A stretch of 63,119 bases of DNA, the filler included, from Octopus bimaculoides (Eukaryota), in the NCBI RefSeq assembly GCF_001194135.2. It is 8 parts of 7 records of this genome, joined end to end, with 100 filler letters (N's around TTAATTAATTAA, not from the genome) between each part and the next. Parts side by side here need not be neighbours in the genome. Positions count along the whole stretch, not along the records: positions 24,965 to 33,115 come from NC_068988.1; positions 33,216 to 38,793 come from NW_026419248.1; 6 more parts are not named here. One strand, 5' to 3'. The notes beneath the pieces were generated by a model. The model was given only the letters and a program-made list of their open reading frames with translations, made no database searches and had not been told where the DNA came from. Both the position numbers and the translations under genes were made by a program. Positions 24,965-36,292 of this stretch are shown here, piece after piece. The first letter of the stretch is position 1. Every line of letters begins with the position of its first letter.

Positions 24965-25362
24965 AAAATTAAGGCCAATAGACCAGATATAGTTGTCAAA
25001 GATCATGAAGGGAAAAAAATGCTTTCTAACTGATGTATCAATACCAGCAGATGACAACGTTTCCCTAAAAGAAATGGAAAAACTTTCAAAATACAAAGAC
25101 CTGGAAATAGAGGTAACTCAAATGTGGAATCTAAAAACAGAAACAATTCCTATCATAGTAGGTGCCTTAGGTATAATAAAAAAATATTCAGACAAATACA
25201 TAATAAAAACACCAGGACTTACAAATATATATAACATACAGAAAATTGCACTACTGGGCACTGCACACATCCTACGCAAAACACTTTCAATACAGTAACC
25301 ATAAGATCATCACAGCAAACCACAGCACATACCCAGGGCACTCAGAGCTGCGCTCGGTAGTG
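24965..25362 (+). mobile_element. R4/Dong-like (restriction-like endonuclease) LINE 3' end
   Basis: RPDIVVKD..CFLTDVSIPADDN..KYKDLEIEV..IPIIVGALG (PD-D/ExK); 3' UTR followed by (TAA)n. Confidence 0.85.
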
Positions 25363-25444
25363 AATAATAATAATAATACATTTATTATATTATTATTGTT
25401 ATTATTATTATTATTATTAAGGTGGCAAGCTGGCAGGATCGTTA

Positions 25445-26660
25445 GAAAATATATACATTGCTTGTGGGAAACAATCTGCCACTAGAACAAAAGGGATGCC
25501 GAAAAGTATCCAAGGGTACCAAGGACCACTTTGTGATAGAGAAGGTTATAATAAAGAACTGTAAACAGTACAAAAAATACTTATGCATGGCCTGGATAAA
25601 CTTCAAAAAAGCTTACAACATGTTGCTGCATTCATGAATTTTGGAAACACTCAACATGTGTGGAATAGCTGAGAACGTGTGTGCACTGATTAAGAACAGC
25701 ATGCCAAGTTGGAAAACACATCTTTCCTGTAACAACCAGCACTTAACCAAGGTAACAATCAAAAGAGTTATCTTCCAAGGAGACTCATATTCACCTCTGC
25801 TATTTGTTATAGTCTTAATCCCACTTTCTGTAGTCCTACATAAAATTAACATGGAATTATATGGTCAGTTCCACCGTGAAACCAACAAATTAAAAGACCA
25901 GGGAGCATTATGGAGGTGGTTCCAGAAGGGTGACCTGAAAAAGAATACTGTAAGCCTAATCCTCGTGGCCCAGGACCAGGCATTGAAAAAGAATATATAC
26001 CACACATGCAGAATGTGTGAGAAGAGGGTCGAAAGTGTGACTCACATTGTTGGTGCTTGTGAAAGTTTTGCACAGAAAGAATACAAGCATAGACACAACA
26101 AAGTAGCTCATAACCTCCACTGGCTACTATGCTGTAAATATGGATATGAGGTTACAGGTGCTTGGTACCAACATTCGCCGGAAAAGGTAATGGAAAGGGG
26201 GAAAGCAAAAATCCTCTGGGACTTTGATTTCCAGACAGACAAAGTGTTAGAACACAGAAGGCCGGATATAGTAACCTTTAGGAGGAACAAACAAGAGTGC
26301 TAAATAATCAACATAGCAGCGCCAGGAGATCAACATATCATCATGAAAGAAAGAGAAACTGTTGATAAATATTGAAACCTGAGAATTGGGATCACTAAGC
26401 TGTGGCAGCTATGAGAGTCAAACATAAAGATTGTCCCTATTATCATTGGAGCATTGGGTTCAATACCACCCAATCTGAAAAAACATGTGAAAACCTTAGA
26501 AATACCCTACAATCTAAATGTATTTCAAAAGTTGGCATACTTAGTACTTTACACAATATGCATGTAGTTCCATCTGTCTGAGGTCCTTGTGATTGACAAA
26601 CAGTACAAACCCTCAATAGATATAATATCTTCAATCAACAACCTCACGTTATTGTATACT
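25445..26660 (+). mobile_element. R4/Dong-like LINE fragment (RT piece, CCHC knuckle, RLE endonuclease), internally deleted
   Basis: ORF 25641..26303: IFQGDSYSPLLF, CRMC..HIVGAC, LWDFDFQTDKVLEHRRPDIV; followed by (TAA)n. Confidence 0.9.
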
Positions 26661-27765
26661 GTGCGATGTCTATAATAATAATAAAAATAATTCTTTCTAC
26701 TATAGGCATAAGGCCTGAAATTTCGGGGACTAGTCAATTACATCAACCTCAGTGGAATTTGAACTTGGAACTTAGCATTTTGTTCAATGCACAAATGTTT
26801 CTGCCAGCTCATCACCTGTTTTTTTTGTTTTTTTTACACAAATTTGAGTCATCTTTGCACAGGAGCCATGCTTGTCTTCTCTGTGTTGTTCCAATTATAG
26901 TATATGTACTACCAAAGTTAGTAGCTGACCGGAATTTTGTTTTATCAACTGTGGAAGGATGAAAGGTAAAGTTGACCACGGTAGGATTCGGATTCAGAAT
27001 GTAAAGAGTCAGAAGAAATATCACATAGCGTTTTTGCCTAAGCTTAAGCAATTCTGCCAGTTCACTGCCTTAATAAGGAAAATAATCATAATTTCTCACT
27101 TAGTCAAGATCATAAAATCAGGGAGACGAGAATAGTTGACGCCATTACTGGACTGATACCTTATTGACCTCAAACTGACCAGGGTGAGGTTGCTTTAACA
27201 GCCAACCTCTCCAGTAGAAACACCACATATTCGTCAGACACTACAACAGAGGCTGACAACCCGGAAGGGTTGTTAACTTACCTAAGTGGTAAGCTGTTAA
27301 TCCTGGCTTCAATGAATTCATATATTCACCTACTTAACTATTTTACTTCACCCTGCCCTACATAACCATGAATTATATATTAAGAATTGTTGTTCCAGCA
27401 CTATCAGACAGAGAGATTAAAAAGGTCAAAGAAGGTAAGATAATATGTACGAGAGAAAAAATGTGACAAGGTACAGCAGAAGAATAAGAGATTAATAAGG
27501 ATTTCCACTGGTTACAAAACTGTACCATATCATAATGTCTCTAACAACTGACAGACTTGGTCTCAGTGAAGCTAACACCAGAAGGTAATAAAACTTCAAT
27601 AAAATAAAGTTAGATGGGTAGTATTTTTAAGTTTTCTTGCACCACCTTAAATATTCAATTCACCTTTGCCTGTGTGTCTCTCAAGTGTAAAGCAAATTCA
27701 ACACAAAATTGTAACTGAAGTGTGGGAAAAAATATGAAAGGCTGCCTAAAAAAAAAGTCTCTTAC

Positions 27766-27879
27766 CATGTGGAAATTCTCCAGAGCTTTTCGAGGATCAT
27801 CTTCTTTTAAGGCTTTAGAATTATAATACTGGTTCTCAAGATCAACATCAGGTTCTGAGTTACTCTCTTCAGAATATTC
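27766..27879 (-). CDS. COPS2: COP9 signalosome subunit 2 (CSN2), internal coding exon equivalent to vertebrate exon 2
   Basis: TTATTATAG|GAATAT...CACATG|GTAAGA; 114 nt, phase 0/0; [38 protein letters not shown], 30/38 identical to the human sequence as I recall it ([38 protein letters not shown]). No other COPS2 exon found in the window. Confidence 0.96.
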
Positions 27880-27949
27880 CTATAATAACAATAATAATAA
27901 TGGTGATGATGAGGAGGAGGAGGAAGAGGAGGATAACAATAATAATAAT

Positions 27950-28150
27950 AATGCCCTGATGCAGTACCAGGCAGTAGCTCTCATGGCTTCTGATCTTAAC
28001 TGGTTGGAAGTGTTATGTAGATGTTTTGTCTTTGTGCAAAAGATGGGCTGCAACAAATATTCTGCTCAATACCACAAATTTGCTTGGCCTTAAGCCCTTG
28101 AGCATGTCCCTTAGTGGCTGAGAATATGAGTAGCTCTGATCATGAGCAGT
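27950..28150 (-). mobile_element. SINE fragment (GCAAATATTCTGCTCAATACCACA family); other copies ~32040-32180 (-) and ~39040-39450 (+)
   Basis: The same ~150-bp motif recurs three or more times in both orientations. Confidence 0.75.
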
Positions 28151-28409
28151 GAAAATTATACCAGTTATTATTGGAGCATGAAAGTCAATCCACAAAAGCT
28201 ATCATACTATCAGGAATGGGTGGACATCAAAATGATATGTTAGTGTGTCAACTTTAGCCCTCCTTTGAACAGTATATATCCTTAGAAATATATTTTCTGT
28301 CAAAAGACCTTTTATTAAGGCTTGGCAATTAATATCAAGAAGAAAAAAAAAACAATTAAAAAAATCAGTATTTTATATCAATACTATGCAATGATGATGA
28401 TGAGGAGGA

Positions 28410-30055
28410 GGAGAGTTATAAGCATTTAGGAGCATTAGAATACATTTAGGAGCATAAGAATACAGAGTACTAACTAGAGAAATGAAAACAAAAATTGAGG
28501 AGTACATCAGAAGGGTGAAGAAGCTAATGAAGTCAAAGCTAAATGGTCCGAATCTAGTGATGGCTGTAAATACTTGGGCAGTATCATTACTTAGATACTC
28601 AGCAGCTTTTGTAGATTAGACCAAATCTGAATTAGCAAAGCTAGACATAAGAACAAGGAAGTAATTCAATATGAATGGAGTACTTTGCCCAAGGGCAGGG
28701 GTAGCAAGATTATAGCTACATAGAAAGGAAGGCGAAAGAGGGTTAATATCAGTAGAAGACTGCGTGGAGTTAGCTAGAGTAGATATAGACTCTTATGTAG
28801 GTAATAGTGAAGAAAGCTTATTAATAGCTGCTAGAGTCACAGCAAGACATAGGGAAAACAAAAAGCCAAATGAAGTTAAAAATCAGAAAAAAAAACAAAA
28901 AAACAGAAGTTATCTGACTGGCAAGAGAAGGCTTTGCATGGTAGATTCCCAAAGATAATTGCAGCAAATAGTAACGAGACATGGTTATGATTGCAGAAAG
29001 GAAGGCTAAAAAGGGAGACAGAAAGTTTGTTAGAAGCACAGGATCAAGCATTAAAGACGAGTTGGACAAAAGCCAAGATAAACAAAAATCAAGTAGACTC
29101 CCATTGTAGATTATGCAAATCAAAGGAGGAAAGTGGTACTCATATAGTAAATGAATGTAGCATGCTGGCACAGAAAGGATAAAAGAAAAGACATAACAAC
29201 CTAGGGAGAGTAATCCACTGGAAGTTATGCAGAAAGCTAGGATTTTGGCCATACTGAAAAATAGTATGAACATGAGCCTAGTAAAGTACTAGAAAGTAAG
29301 AAATATGAGATGTTGTGGGACTTTAACATTCAGGTGGACAGAGTAATAGAAGCTAGAAGGCCTGATTTAGTAACAGTAGATAAGGAGAATAGTAAGTGCC
29401 ATAGAATTGACATTACAGTCCCAAATGGTGGAGGCACAATGGCCCAGTGGTTAGCGCAGCGGACTCGCAGTTGAAGGATTGCGGTTTCAATTCCCAGAGC
29501 GGGCATGGTGTGTGTTTATTGAGCGAAAACACCTAAAGCTCCACGAGGCTCCGGCAGGGGGTGGCAACCCCTATTGTACTCTTTCGCCCCAACTTTCTCT
29601 CACTCTTTCTTCATGTTTCTTAAGTAACGCTGCGATGGACTGGCATCCTGTCCAGCAAAGGGGAACACATACACCATAGAAACTGGGAAACCGGGCCCAT
29701 GGGCCTGGCTAGACTTTTAAAAAGGGTGCATAAATAATAATAACAGTCCTAAATGATGAAAAATATGAGAGGTACAGAGAAAATAGCAAAGTACCAAGAC
29801 CTAACCACTTACATAGAGACTATGGAAAGTGCAGGTAAAATGTATCCCTGTAGTTATAAGTGCATCAAGAACTATCCCTAAAGATTTGAACAGATGGATT
29901 GTGGAAAATAGGCATAAAACACTGTTTAGTACAATTCCAGAAAACTGTGTTAATAGGGACAGTTAGGATACTTAGGAGAGTTCTTGGCATCTGAGGTTAC
30001 TTGCTGTAACCTGATGTTAGGAATTTTTCTTTTCCAACAGTCTAATCTATTGAAC
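28410..30055 (+). mobile_element. R4/Dong-like LINE 3' portion, interrupted by a SINE
   Basis: AVNTWAVSLLRYS, LEAQDQAL, CRLC..HIVNEC, LWDFNIQVDRVIEARRPDL, KYQDL; multiple stops. Confidence 0.9.
29428..29742 (+). mobile_element. tRNA-derived SINE (GGAGGCGCAATGGCCCAGTGGTTAG family) with 13-bp target-site duplication
   Basis: TSD ACAGTCCCAAATG (29415-29427) / ACAGTCCTAAATG (29743-29755); A/B-box head; same family as 46831. Confidence 0.9.
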
Positions 30056-30056
30056 A

Positions 30057-30376
30057 CTAGCAGTATAACCCGACGTTGTCCGGGTGTGACTTATTACGCC
30101 ATCTACGATAAGTCTTGCTAGGTGAAAATCAACTAAAAAAGAAAGCCTTACAATGAAAAAACCCTTACGATGTAAATATGTTCATAATTCAAAAGACGAA
30201 ATTAATAGGGAAAGTCTGAAGGCTGTTTTGTGTAACATTATTAAGTGTACGTAAATTTCATCCGTCTAATTGGCTATACAAATGCTTGTGCAAAACAACT
30301 TTTTGCGCTGCCTTGATTATACATAGCAAGGTAATTCCTTTTCGCAGGAGCTGCTAGGACGGCAATTTGTGATGAA
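30057..30376 (-). mobile_element. Helitron 3' terminus
   Basis: Minus strand: hairpin CCCGGACAACGTCGGG (30069-30084), 8 nt, then CTAG followed by target T; remainder runs into a gap. Confidence 0.7.
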
Positions 30377-31439
30377 NNNNNNNNNNNNNNNNNNNNNNNN
30401 NNNNNNNNNNNNNNNNNNNNNNNNNNNNNNNNNNNNNNNNNNNNNNNNNNNNNNNNNNNNNNNNNNNNNNNNNNNNNNNNNNNNNNNNNNNNNNNNNNNN
30501 NNNNNNNNNNNNNNNNNNNNNNNNNNNNNNNNNNNNNNNNNNNNNNNNNNNNNNNNNNNNNNNNNNNNNNNNNNNNNNNNNNNNNNNNNNNNNNNNNNNN
30601 NNNNNNNNNNNNNNNNNNNNNNNNNNNNNNNNNNNNNNNNNNNNNNNNNNNNNNNNNNNNNNNNNNNNNNNNNNNNNNNNNNNNNNNNNNNNNNNNNNNN
30701 NNNNNNNNNNNNNNNNNNNNNNNNNNNNNNNNNNNNNNNNNNNNNNNNNNNNNNNNNNNNNNNNNNNNNNNNNNNNNNNNNNNNNNNNNNNNNNNNNNNN
30801 NNNNNNNNNNNNNNNNNNNNNNNNNNNNNNNNNNNNNNNNNNNNNNNNNNNNNNNNNNNNNNNNNNNNNNNNNNNNNNNNNNNNNNNNNNNNNNNNNNNN
30901 NNNNNNNNNNNNNNNNNNNNNNNNNNNNNNNNNNNNNNNNNNNNNNNNNNNNNNNNNNNNNNNNNNNNNNNNNNNNNNNNNNNNNNNNNNNNNNNNNNNN
31001 NNNNNNNNNNNNNNNNNNNNNNNNNNNNNNNNNNNNNNNNNNNNNNNNNNNNNNNNNNNNNNNNNNNNNNNNNNNNNNNNNNNNNNNNNNNNNNNNNNNN
31101 NNNNNNNNNNNNNNNNNNNNNNNNNNNNNNNNNNNNNNNNNNNNNNNNNNNNNNNNNNNNNNNNNNNNNNNNNNNNNNNNNNNNNNNNNNNNNNNNNNNN
31201 NNNNNNNNNNNNNNNNNNNNNNNNNNNNNNNNNNNNNNNNNNNNNAAGAGGAATAGAAATAGTTAATTTTAGAGGGGCAGAGTAATTTTGTATGTATGTC
31301 ATTACAGTATCGAAATGCGATTGTTTCAGTTTTGATAATTTTCTTTTTCTCCTTCCTTTCTTTTTGTATTTGTTGTTTGATTTTTCATAAAGGTTCATCA
31401 GAGGAAGTAGGAGTTGAAAGGATTTGTATTAGAAAGAGG

Positions 31440-32036
31440 AAATTAGATTTTATTAGGGAGAAAATGTTCACTCCTGGAGACAGCAAAAAGAAGCATTTGA
31501 CCCAGACTGCCTTCTTCCAACTGTTAAACATGAAGGAGGATCTGTGATGATCTGGGGACTATATCTTAGAAATCCGCCAACCCAATGGTTTCCTTTCATG
31601 GCAGAATTAATAGTGAAGACTAAGCATTTTATCTGATCAACTTCATCATATGGTTGTGGAACTGTTTCCAGAGGGAAACGCAATCTTTCAGGGTGATAAT
31701 GCACCAATCCACACAGCTAAAGTTGTTACTGAATGGCACAAGGAATTTGAACATCTTATCTGGCCATCATAGTCCCCAGATCTCAATATCATTGAACATC
31801 TATGGTGCAGTTTAGAAAAACAAGTAAGGAGTCAATTTCTTCCACCATCATCATTACAAGAACTGGAGACTGTTTTAGCTGAAGAATGGACAAAAATTCC
31901 TTTGGAAACAATTCAAACTTTGTACGAGTCCATACCTCGTAGAATTCAAGCTGTAATTACTGCCAAAGGCAGTCCTACCCCATATTAAAATAAATTTGAA
32001 ATTTTAAGGTGTTTCCATTATTTTGTCCAACCCCTG
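31440..32036 (+). mobile_element. Tc1-family transposon, 3' half with right TIR
   Basis: PTVKHEGGSVMIWG..FQGDNAPIHTAK..SPDLNIIEHLW..YESIPRRIQAVITAKG; ends TCCAACCCCTG + TA. Confidence 0.9.
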
Positions 32037-32519
32037 TACATATTTTATCTTTGTGTAAAAGATGGGCTGCAGCAAATATTCTGCTCAATACCACAAATTT
32101 GCTTGTCAGTTGGTTGACCGTAACCAGTTGAGCATGTCCCTTAGTAGCTGATATGTGCACCTCTTACCATGAGCAGTAGTACCATGTGTTGTGAAGAATT
32201 CTTTGGGGTTTGAATAATTCACTTCTGGAAACATGGGTGTTTTGTTCATCATCTTTAAACAAACCTTATTCAGGGACCTTTTGAGCAGGATGGGCTACTC
32301 GACCTGAAGAAGATTCTAATTGGGCTCCAACTGCAAGGTTATATACGGTTCATTTTGAAATGAAATCACCATGCTGTGCATATATGACTGTGATGCATGT
32401 ACCTGGTGTACCCTTAACAGACAGGTTTTCATGATGGGTGTATTGGCTTCATATATTTGTACCCTAGTGACACTTTGATGGCATGCATTGCTTTCTCACT
32501 CAATAATAATAATAATGAC

Positions 32520-32880
32520 AGTATTTACATTGGAAAATATGTAAACACTACAAAATCAACACTCCTGCATACTAGTATGAACATCATCCTGAGCCAGTCA
32601 TTGAAGGTAAAAATGTCACTATCCTCTGGGGTTTTCCCGTCAACACTGACAGAACAATCCAGGCTAATCGATGAGACATAGTTATTAAAGATAGGGAAGA
32701 AAATACTTGTAGATTAATAGATGTAAGTGATAAAAATATATCTGTAAAAGAATTTAACATATTAAGTAAATATAAGGATCAGGAAATTGAAATACAAAAG
32801 ATGTGACATCTTAAAGTGAGAACTCTTCCTGTTATTGCAGGTACCCTAGGTATGATAAGAAAGGGTTATCAGAAACATCT
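32520..32880 (+). mobile_element. R4/Dong-like LINE endonuclease fragment
   Basis: Frameshifted ..NR.DIVIKDREENTCRLIDVS..KYKDQEIEI..PVIAGTLG; preceded by (TAA)n. Confidence 0.7.
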
Positions 32881-32884
32881 AGAT

Positions 32885-33115
32885 AATCATCATCATCATC
32901 ATCGTTTAACGTCCGCTTTCCATGCTAGCATGGGTTGGACGATTTGACTGAGGACTGGTGAAACCGGATGGCAACACCAGGCTCCAGTCTGATTTGGCAG
33001 AGTTTCTACAGCTGGATGCCCTTCCTAACGCCAACCACTCAGAGAGTGTAGTGGGTGCTTTTACGTGTCACCCGCACGAAAACGGCCACGCTCGAAATGG
33101 TGTCTTTTATGTGCC
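32885..33115 (-). mobile_element. SINE with (GAT)n tail (GGCGTTAGGAAGGGCATCCAGCTGTAGAAAC family); other copies 38365-38793 (-) and 35880-36039 (+)
   Basis: Three copies share CAGCTGGATGCCCTTCCTAAC body and CGTTTAACGTCC terminus. Confidence 0.85.
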
Positions 33116-33215
33116 NNNNNNNNNNNNNNNNNNNNNNNNNNNNNNNNNNNNNNNNNNNNTTAATTAATTAANNNNNNNNNNNNNNNNNNNNNNNNNNNNN
33201 NNNNNNNNNNNNNNN

Positions 33216-33430
33216 TTCAGTCATTTGACTGCAGCCATGCTGGAGCACCACCTTTAGTCGATCAATTTGACCCCAGGGCTTATTCTTTGGAAGCCTAGTA
33301 CTTATTCTATCGGTCTCTTTTTGCCGAACCGTTAAGTGACGGGGACCTAAACACACCAGCATCGGTTGTCAAGCAATGCTAAGGGGACAAACACAGACAC
33401 ATAAGCATATACACAGACACATAAGCATAT

Positions 33431-33467
<37 letters not shown>

Positions 33468-33637
33468 CATATATACGACGGGCTTCTTTCAGTTTCCGTC
33501 TACCAAATCCACTCACAAGGCTTTGGTCGGCCCGAGGCTATAGTAGAAGACACTTTGACCAAGGTGCCACGCAGTGGTTCTGAACCCGGAACCATGTGGT
33601 TGGTCAGCAAGCTACTTACCACACAGCCACTCCTAGC
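33216..33637 (-). mobile_element. tRNA-derived SINE (GGAGTGGCTGTGTGGTAAG head, central microsatellite); other copies 37228-37565 (-), fragments ~36605-36745 and ~51850-51930
   Basis: Head GTGGCTGTGTGGTAAG..GGTTCCGGGTTCAG, body AAGTGTCTTCTACTATAGCCTCGGGCCGACC, internal (TA/TG)n. Confidence 0.9.
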
Positions 33638-33876
33638 TATATATACATACATATCAATACACACACACACACCGAAACGCTGGTGTTAAAATGGAGGTAG
33701 CTGATGAAGGAAAATGTTCTCTATGTGGCCTGTGTGTTTTCTGTACTCTGGTTATTATCATTTTCTTGTCTACGTTTTGTTTGCAATGTACTGTACCCAG
33801 ATATGCACCTATATATACAGGTAGACGTAGGTATGCACATACCTGTACGTATATATGCATATACTCATTTATTATT

Positions 33877-33916
<40 letters not shown>

Positions 33917-34249
33917 GCAAACAGAGATAAACAACAAGGAAGAACAAGTTAGATAATGTAGTCCTAGATAGACCATATCTGAATCTGTTAACAAGCTGTT
34001 AAACAAGACAACAAGACGTAATAACAAGAACAGAGATGATCAAAAGTTGCTTCAGTCAGATGAAGAGGAGGGGGACACAAGACCAGCCCAGGCCCCTGTG
34101 AATGTGGGGAAGCAAACTCCCTACAGAGAAACACTCCCTTGCTTGCCCTCGACAAGATCTTGGAGGCTTCAATAAAATTGAAAAACGAACCGTGTAAAGA
34201 AACAGGAAATTGTTATGAAACCAATAACACTTTGAAGAATTTAAAGAAC

Positions 34250-35005
34250 AAGGAAGGTCACATTAGATAATGTAGTCCTAGATACACTATGTCAGAATAA
34301 AAGACAGGATGGTCACAGCTGGAACATCTTTGATCATAGGTCTGTCTGGATCAGGACTGACCAGGGGCTAAACAACAATAAGGAAGGACGCATTAGATAA
34401 TGTAGTCCTAGATATACTATGTCTGAATAAAAGACAGGATGGTCACAGCTGGAACATCTCTGATCGTAGGTTAGTCTGGATCAGGACTGACCAGGGGCTA
34501 AACAAGAGCAACAAGGAAGGACACATTAAATAATGTAGTCCTAGATACACTATGGCTAAATATAAAAAACAGGATGATCACAGCTGGAACACTGGAACAT
34601 CTTTGATCATAGGTCTGTCTGGATCAGAACTGACCAGGGGCTAAACAACAAGAAGAAAGACACATTTGATAATGTAGTCCTCGATACACTATGTCCGAAT
34701 ACAAAAAGAGGACGGTCACAGCTGGAACATGAACATCTTTGAATCATAGGGCTGCTGGATCAAGATTGACCTGGGGCTAAACAACAGCAACAAGGAAGGA
34801 CACATTAGATAATGTAGTCCAAGATACACTATGTCTGAGTAAAAGACAGGATGGTCATAGCTGGAACATCTTTGATTATAGGTCAGCTGGATCAGGACTG
34901 ACCTAGGGCTAAGTAACAAGGAAGGACACATAAGATAATGTAGTCCTAGATACACTATGGCTAAATAAAAGACAGGATGGTCATAACTGGAACATCTTTG
35001 ATCCT
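34250..35005 (+). repeat. Tandem array of ~5.5 copies of a 125-140-bp unit
   Basis: Unit GAAGGACACATTAGATAATGTAGTCCTAGATACACTATG...GGGGCTAAACAAC starts near 34251, 34381, 34514, 34652, 34793, 34919; units are diverged; partial copy at ~33945. Confidence 0.95.
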
Positions 35006-35039
35006 AGAGCATACCATTGTGCTTCGAAGAATCAAAAGA

Positions 35040-35225
35040 AAATGAATGCAAAGACTAGAACAATCTCAAGAATATCAAAATGGAACCTGAGGAAGAAGGG
35101 AACCCAGGGGGGACATAGGATGAAGTACTGAAGAGCGACCTCGGGGCACTGAACCTGTCAGATGAGATGACAAAGGACCAAGATTCCTGGCCCCTTGCTG
35201 TACTCAAGAAAACCTGTACTCTGCA
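35040..35225 (+). mobile_element. RTE LINE 3' end fragment
   Basis: ..DEVLKSDLGALNLSDEMTKDQDSWPLAVLKKT, same motif as the end of the 13-15 kb RTE. Confidence 0.7.
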
Positions 35226-35326
35226 GAGAAGCGTTGAGTCTGGTTCCTCTGGTGTGGTGGAGAAAAACACACATGGCAGTGCCACATAAAAGTGCCTGTG
35301 TGACGCCACATAAACGAGCTGGCAGA

Positions 35327-35548
35327 ATCGTTAGCACGCAGGGCGAAATGCTTAGCGGTATTTCGTCTGCTGTTACGTTCTGAGTTCAAATTCCGCCGAG
35401 GTCGACTTTGCCTTTCATTCTTTCGGGGTCGGTAAATTAAGTACCAGTTACGCACTGGGGGTCGATGAAATCGATTTAATTCCTTTGTCTGTCCTTGTTT
35501 GTCCCCTCTGTGTTTAGCTCCTTGTGGGCAATAAAGAAATAAGAAACG
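35327..35548 (+). mobile_element. tRNA-derived SINE (family of 517-758) inserted into a minisatellite-bearing SINE
   Basis: Full head-body-tail ending AATAAAGAAATAAGAAAC; GTGCCA.GTAAAAG units on both sides. Confidence 0.9.
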
Positions 35549-35549
35549 T

Positions 35550-35870
35550 GTCCATTTGGCACGACATAGAAGCATTTGTATGGCGTCATGTAAAAGTGCA
35601 GGTGCGACACCATGTAAAAGTGCCCATGCAGCACCATGTAGACGTGCCCATGGAGAGACATATGAAACTACTCATGTTGCGCCATGTACAAGCACCCGTA
35701 TGACGCTGTGTAAAAGCACCCATGCGACACCATGTTAAAGCGATCATCTGGTGCCACGTAAAAGCGTCTGTGCAGTGCCATGTAAAAGAGCACCCATATG
35801 GTGCCATGTGGAAGTGCCTGTGCAGTGACACGTGAAAGCACCCATGTGACACCATATAAAAGCACCCGGC
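35550..35870 (+). repeat. Degenerate ~23-bp minisatellite (GTGCCATGTAAAAGCACCCAT-like) inside a SINE
   Basis: About 14 diverged units directly upstream of the SINE tail at 35880. Confidence 0.85.
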
Positions 35871-36087
35871 ACACTTTGTGAAGTGGCTGGCGTTAGGAAG
35901 GGACCCAGCTGTAGAAACGATACCAAATCAGACTGGAGTCAGGTGCAAGTCCCTGGCTTGATAGCTCTGGTGAAACCGTCCAACCCATGCCAGCATGGAC
36001 AACAGACGTTAAATGATGATGGTGATGATGATGATGATGAATGTCAACAACAATAACGAGAAGAATTTTGCCGGTGTCAACACTTAC

Positions 36088-36292
36088 CTGCCATTGTCAG
36101 TAAGGTGCTAGTTGTCGATTTTGGTTTCCCGTAGTTACAGTTTGAATACATGGTATTCAAAGCAGGGGGCGACAGTTGTTTAGGGGGTTTGAAATCAGGT
36201 GAGTCGGGCATATTTGCAGAGGATTCAAGGTAAGATTACATCCAACAGGTGAGACAGGTAAAGACAGGTGTAAAAAAAAAATGTTTGGAAAT
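36088..36292 (-). CDS. CBFA2T: Probable first coding exon of an ETO/MTG/nervy (CBFA2T-family) corepressor; 5'UTR 36292-36212, CDS 36211-36088
   Basis: Long polypyrimidine acceptor (..CCTCTTTTTTTTTCAG), donor CAG|GTAAGT; MPDSPDFKPPKQLSPPALNTMYSNCNYGKPKSTTSTLLTMA aligns with recalled human RUNX1T1 MPDSPVDVKTQSRLTPPTM (10/19 identical) and ends in phase 1, as I recall for the vertebrate exon; in-frame upstream stop. NHR1/TAFH exons are not in the window. Confidence 0.6.

Noticed and set aside
30057-30376. Helitron capture as the origin of the isolated COPS2 exon
   Set aside because: The Helitron body lies on the far side of its 3' end from the exon, so the exon is outside it; assembly fragmentation is sufficient.
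34250-35005. CRISPR-like array
   Set aside because: Eukaryotic context, whole units are repeated with no unique spacers, no cas genes.
27766-36292. CBFA2T-like exon and COPS2 exon as one chimeric or nested transcription unit
   Set aside because: Phases are incompatible (1 versus 0) and a synthetic spacer (33116-33215) lies between them.
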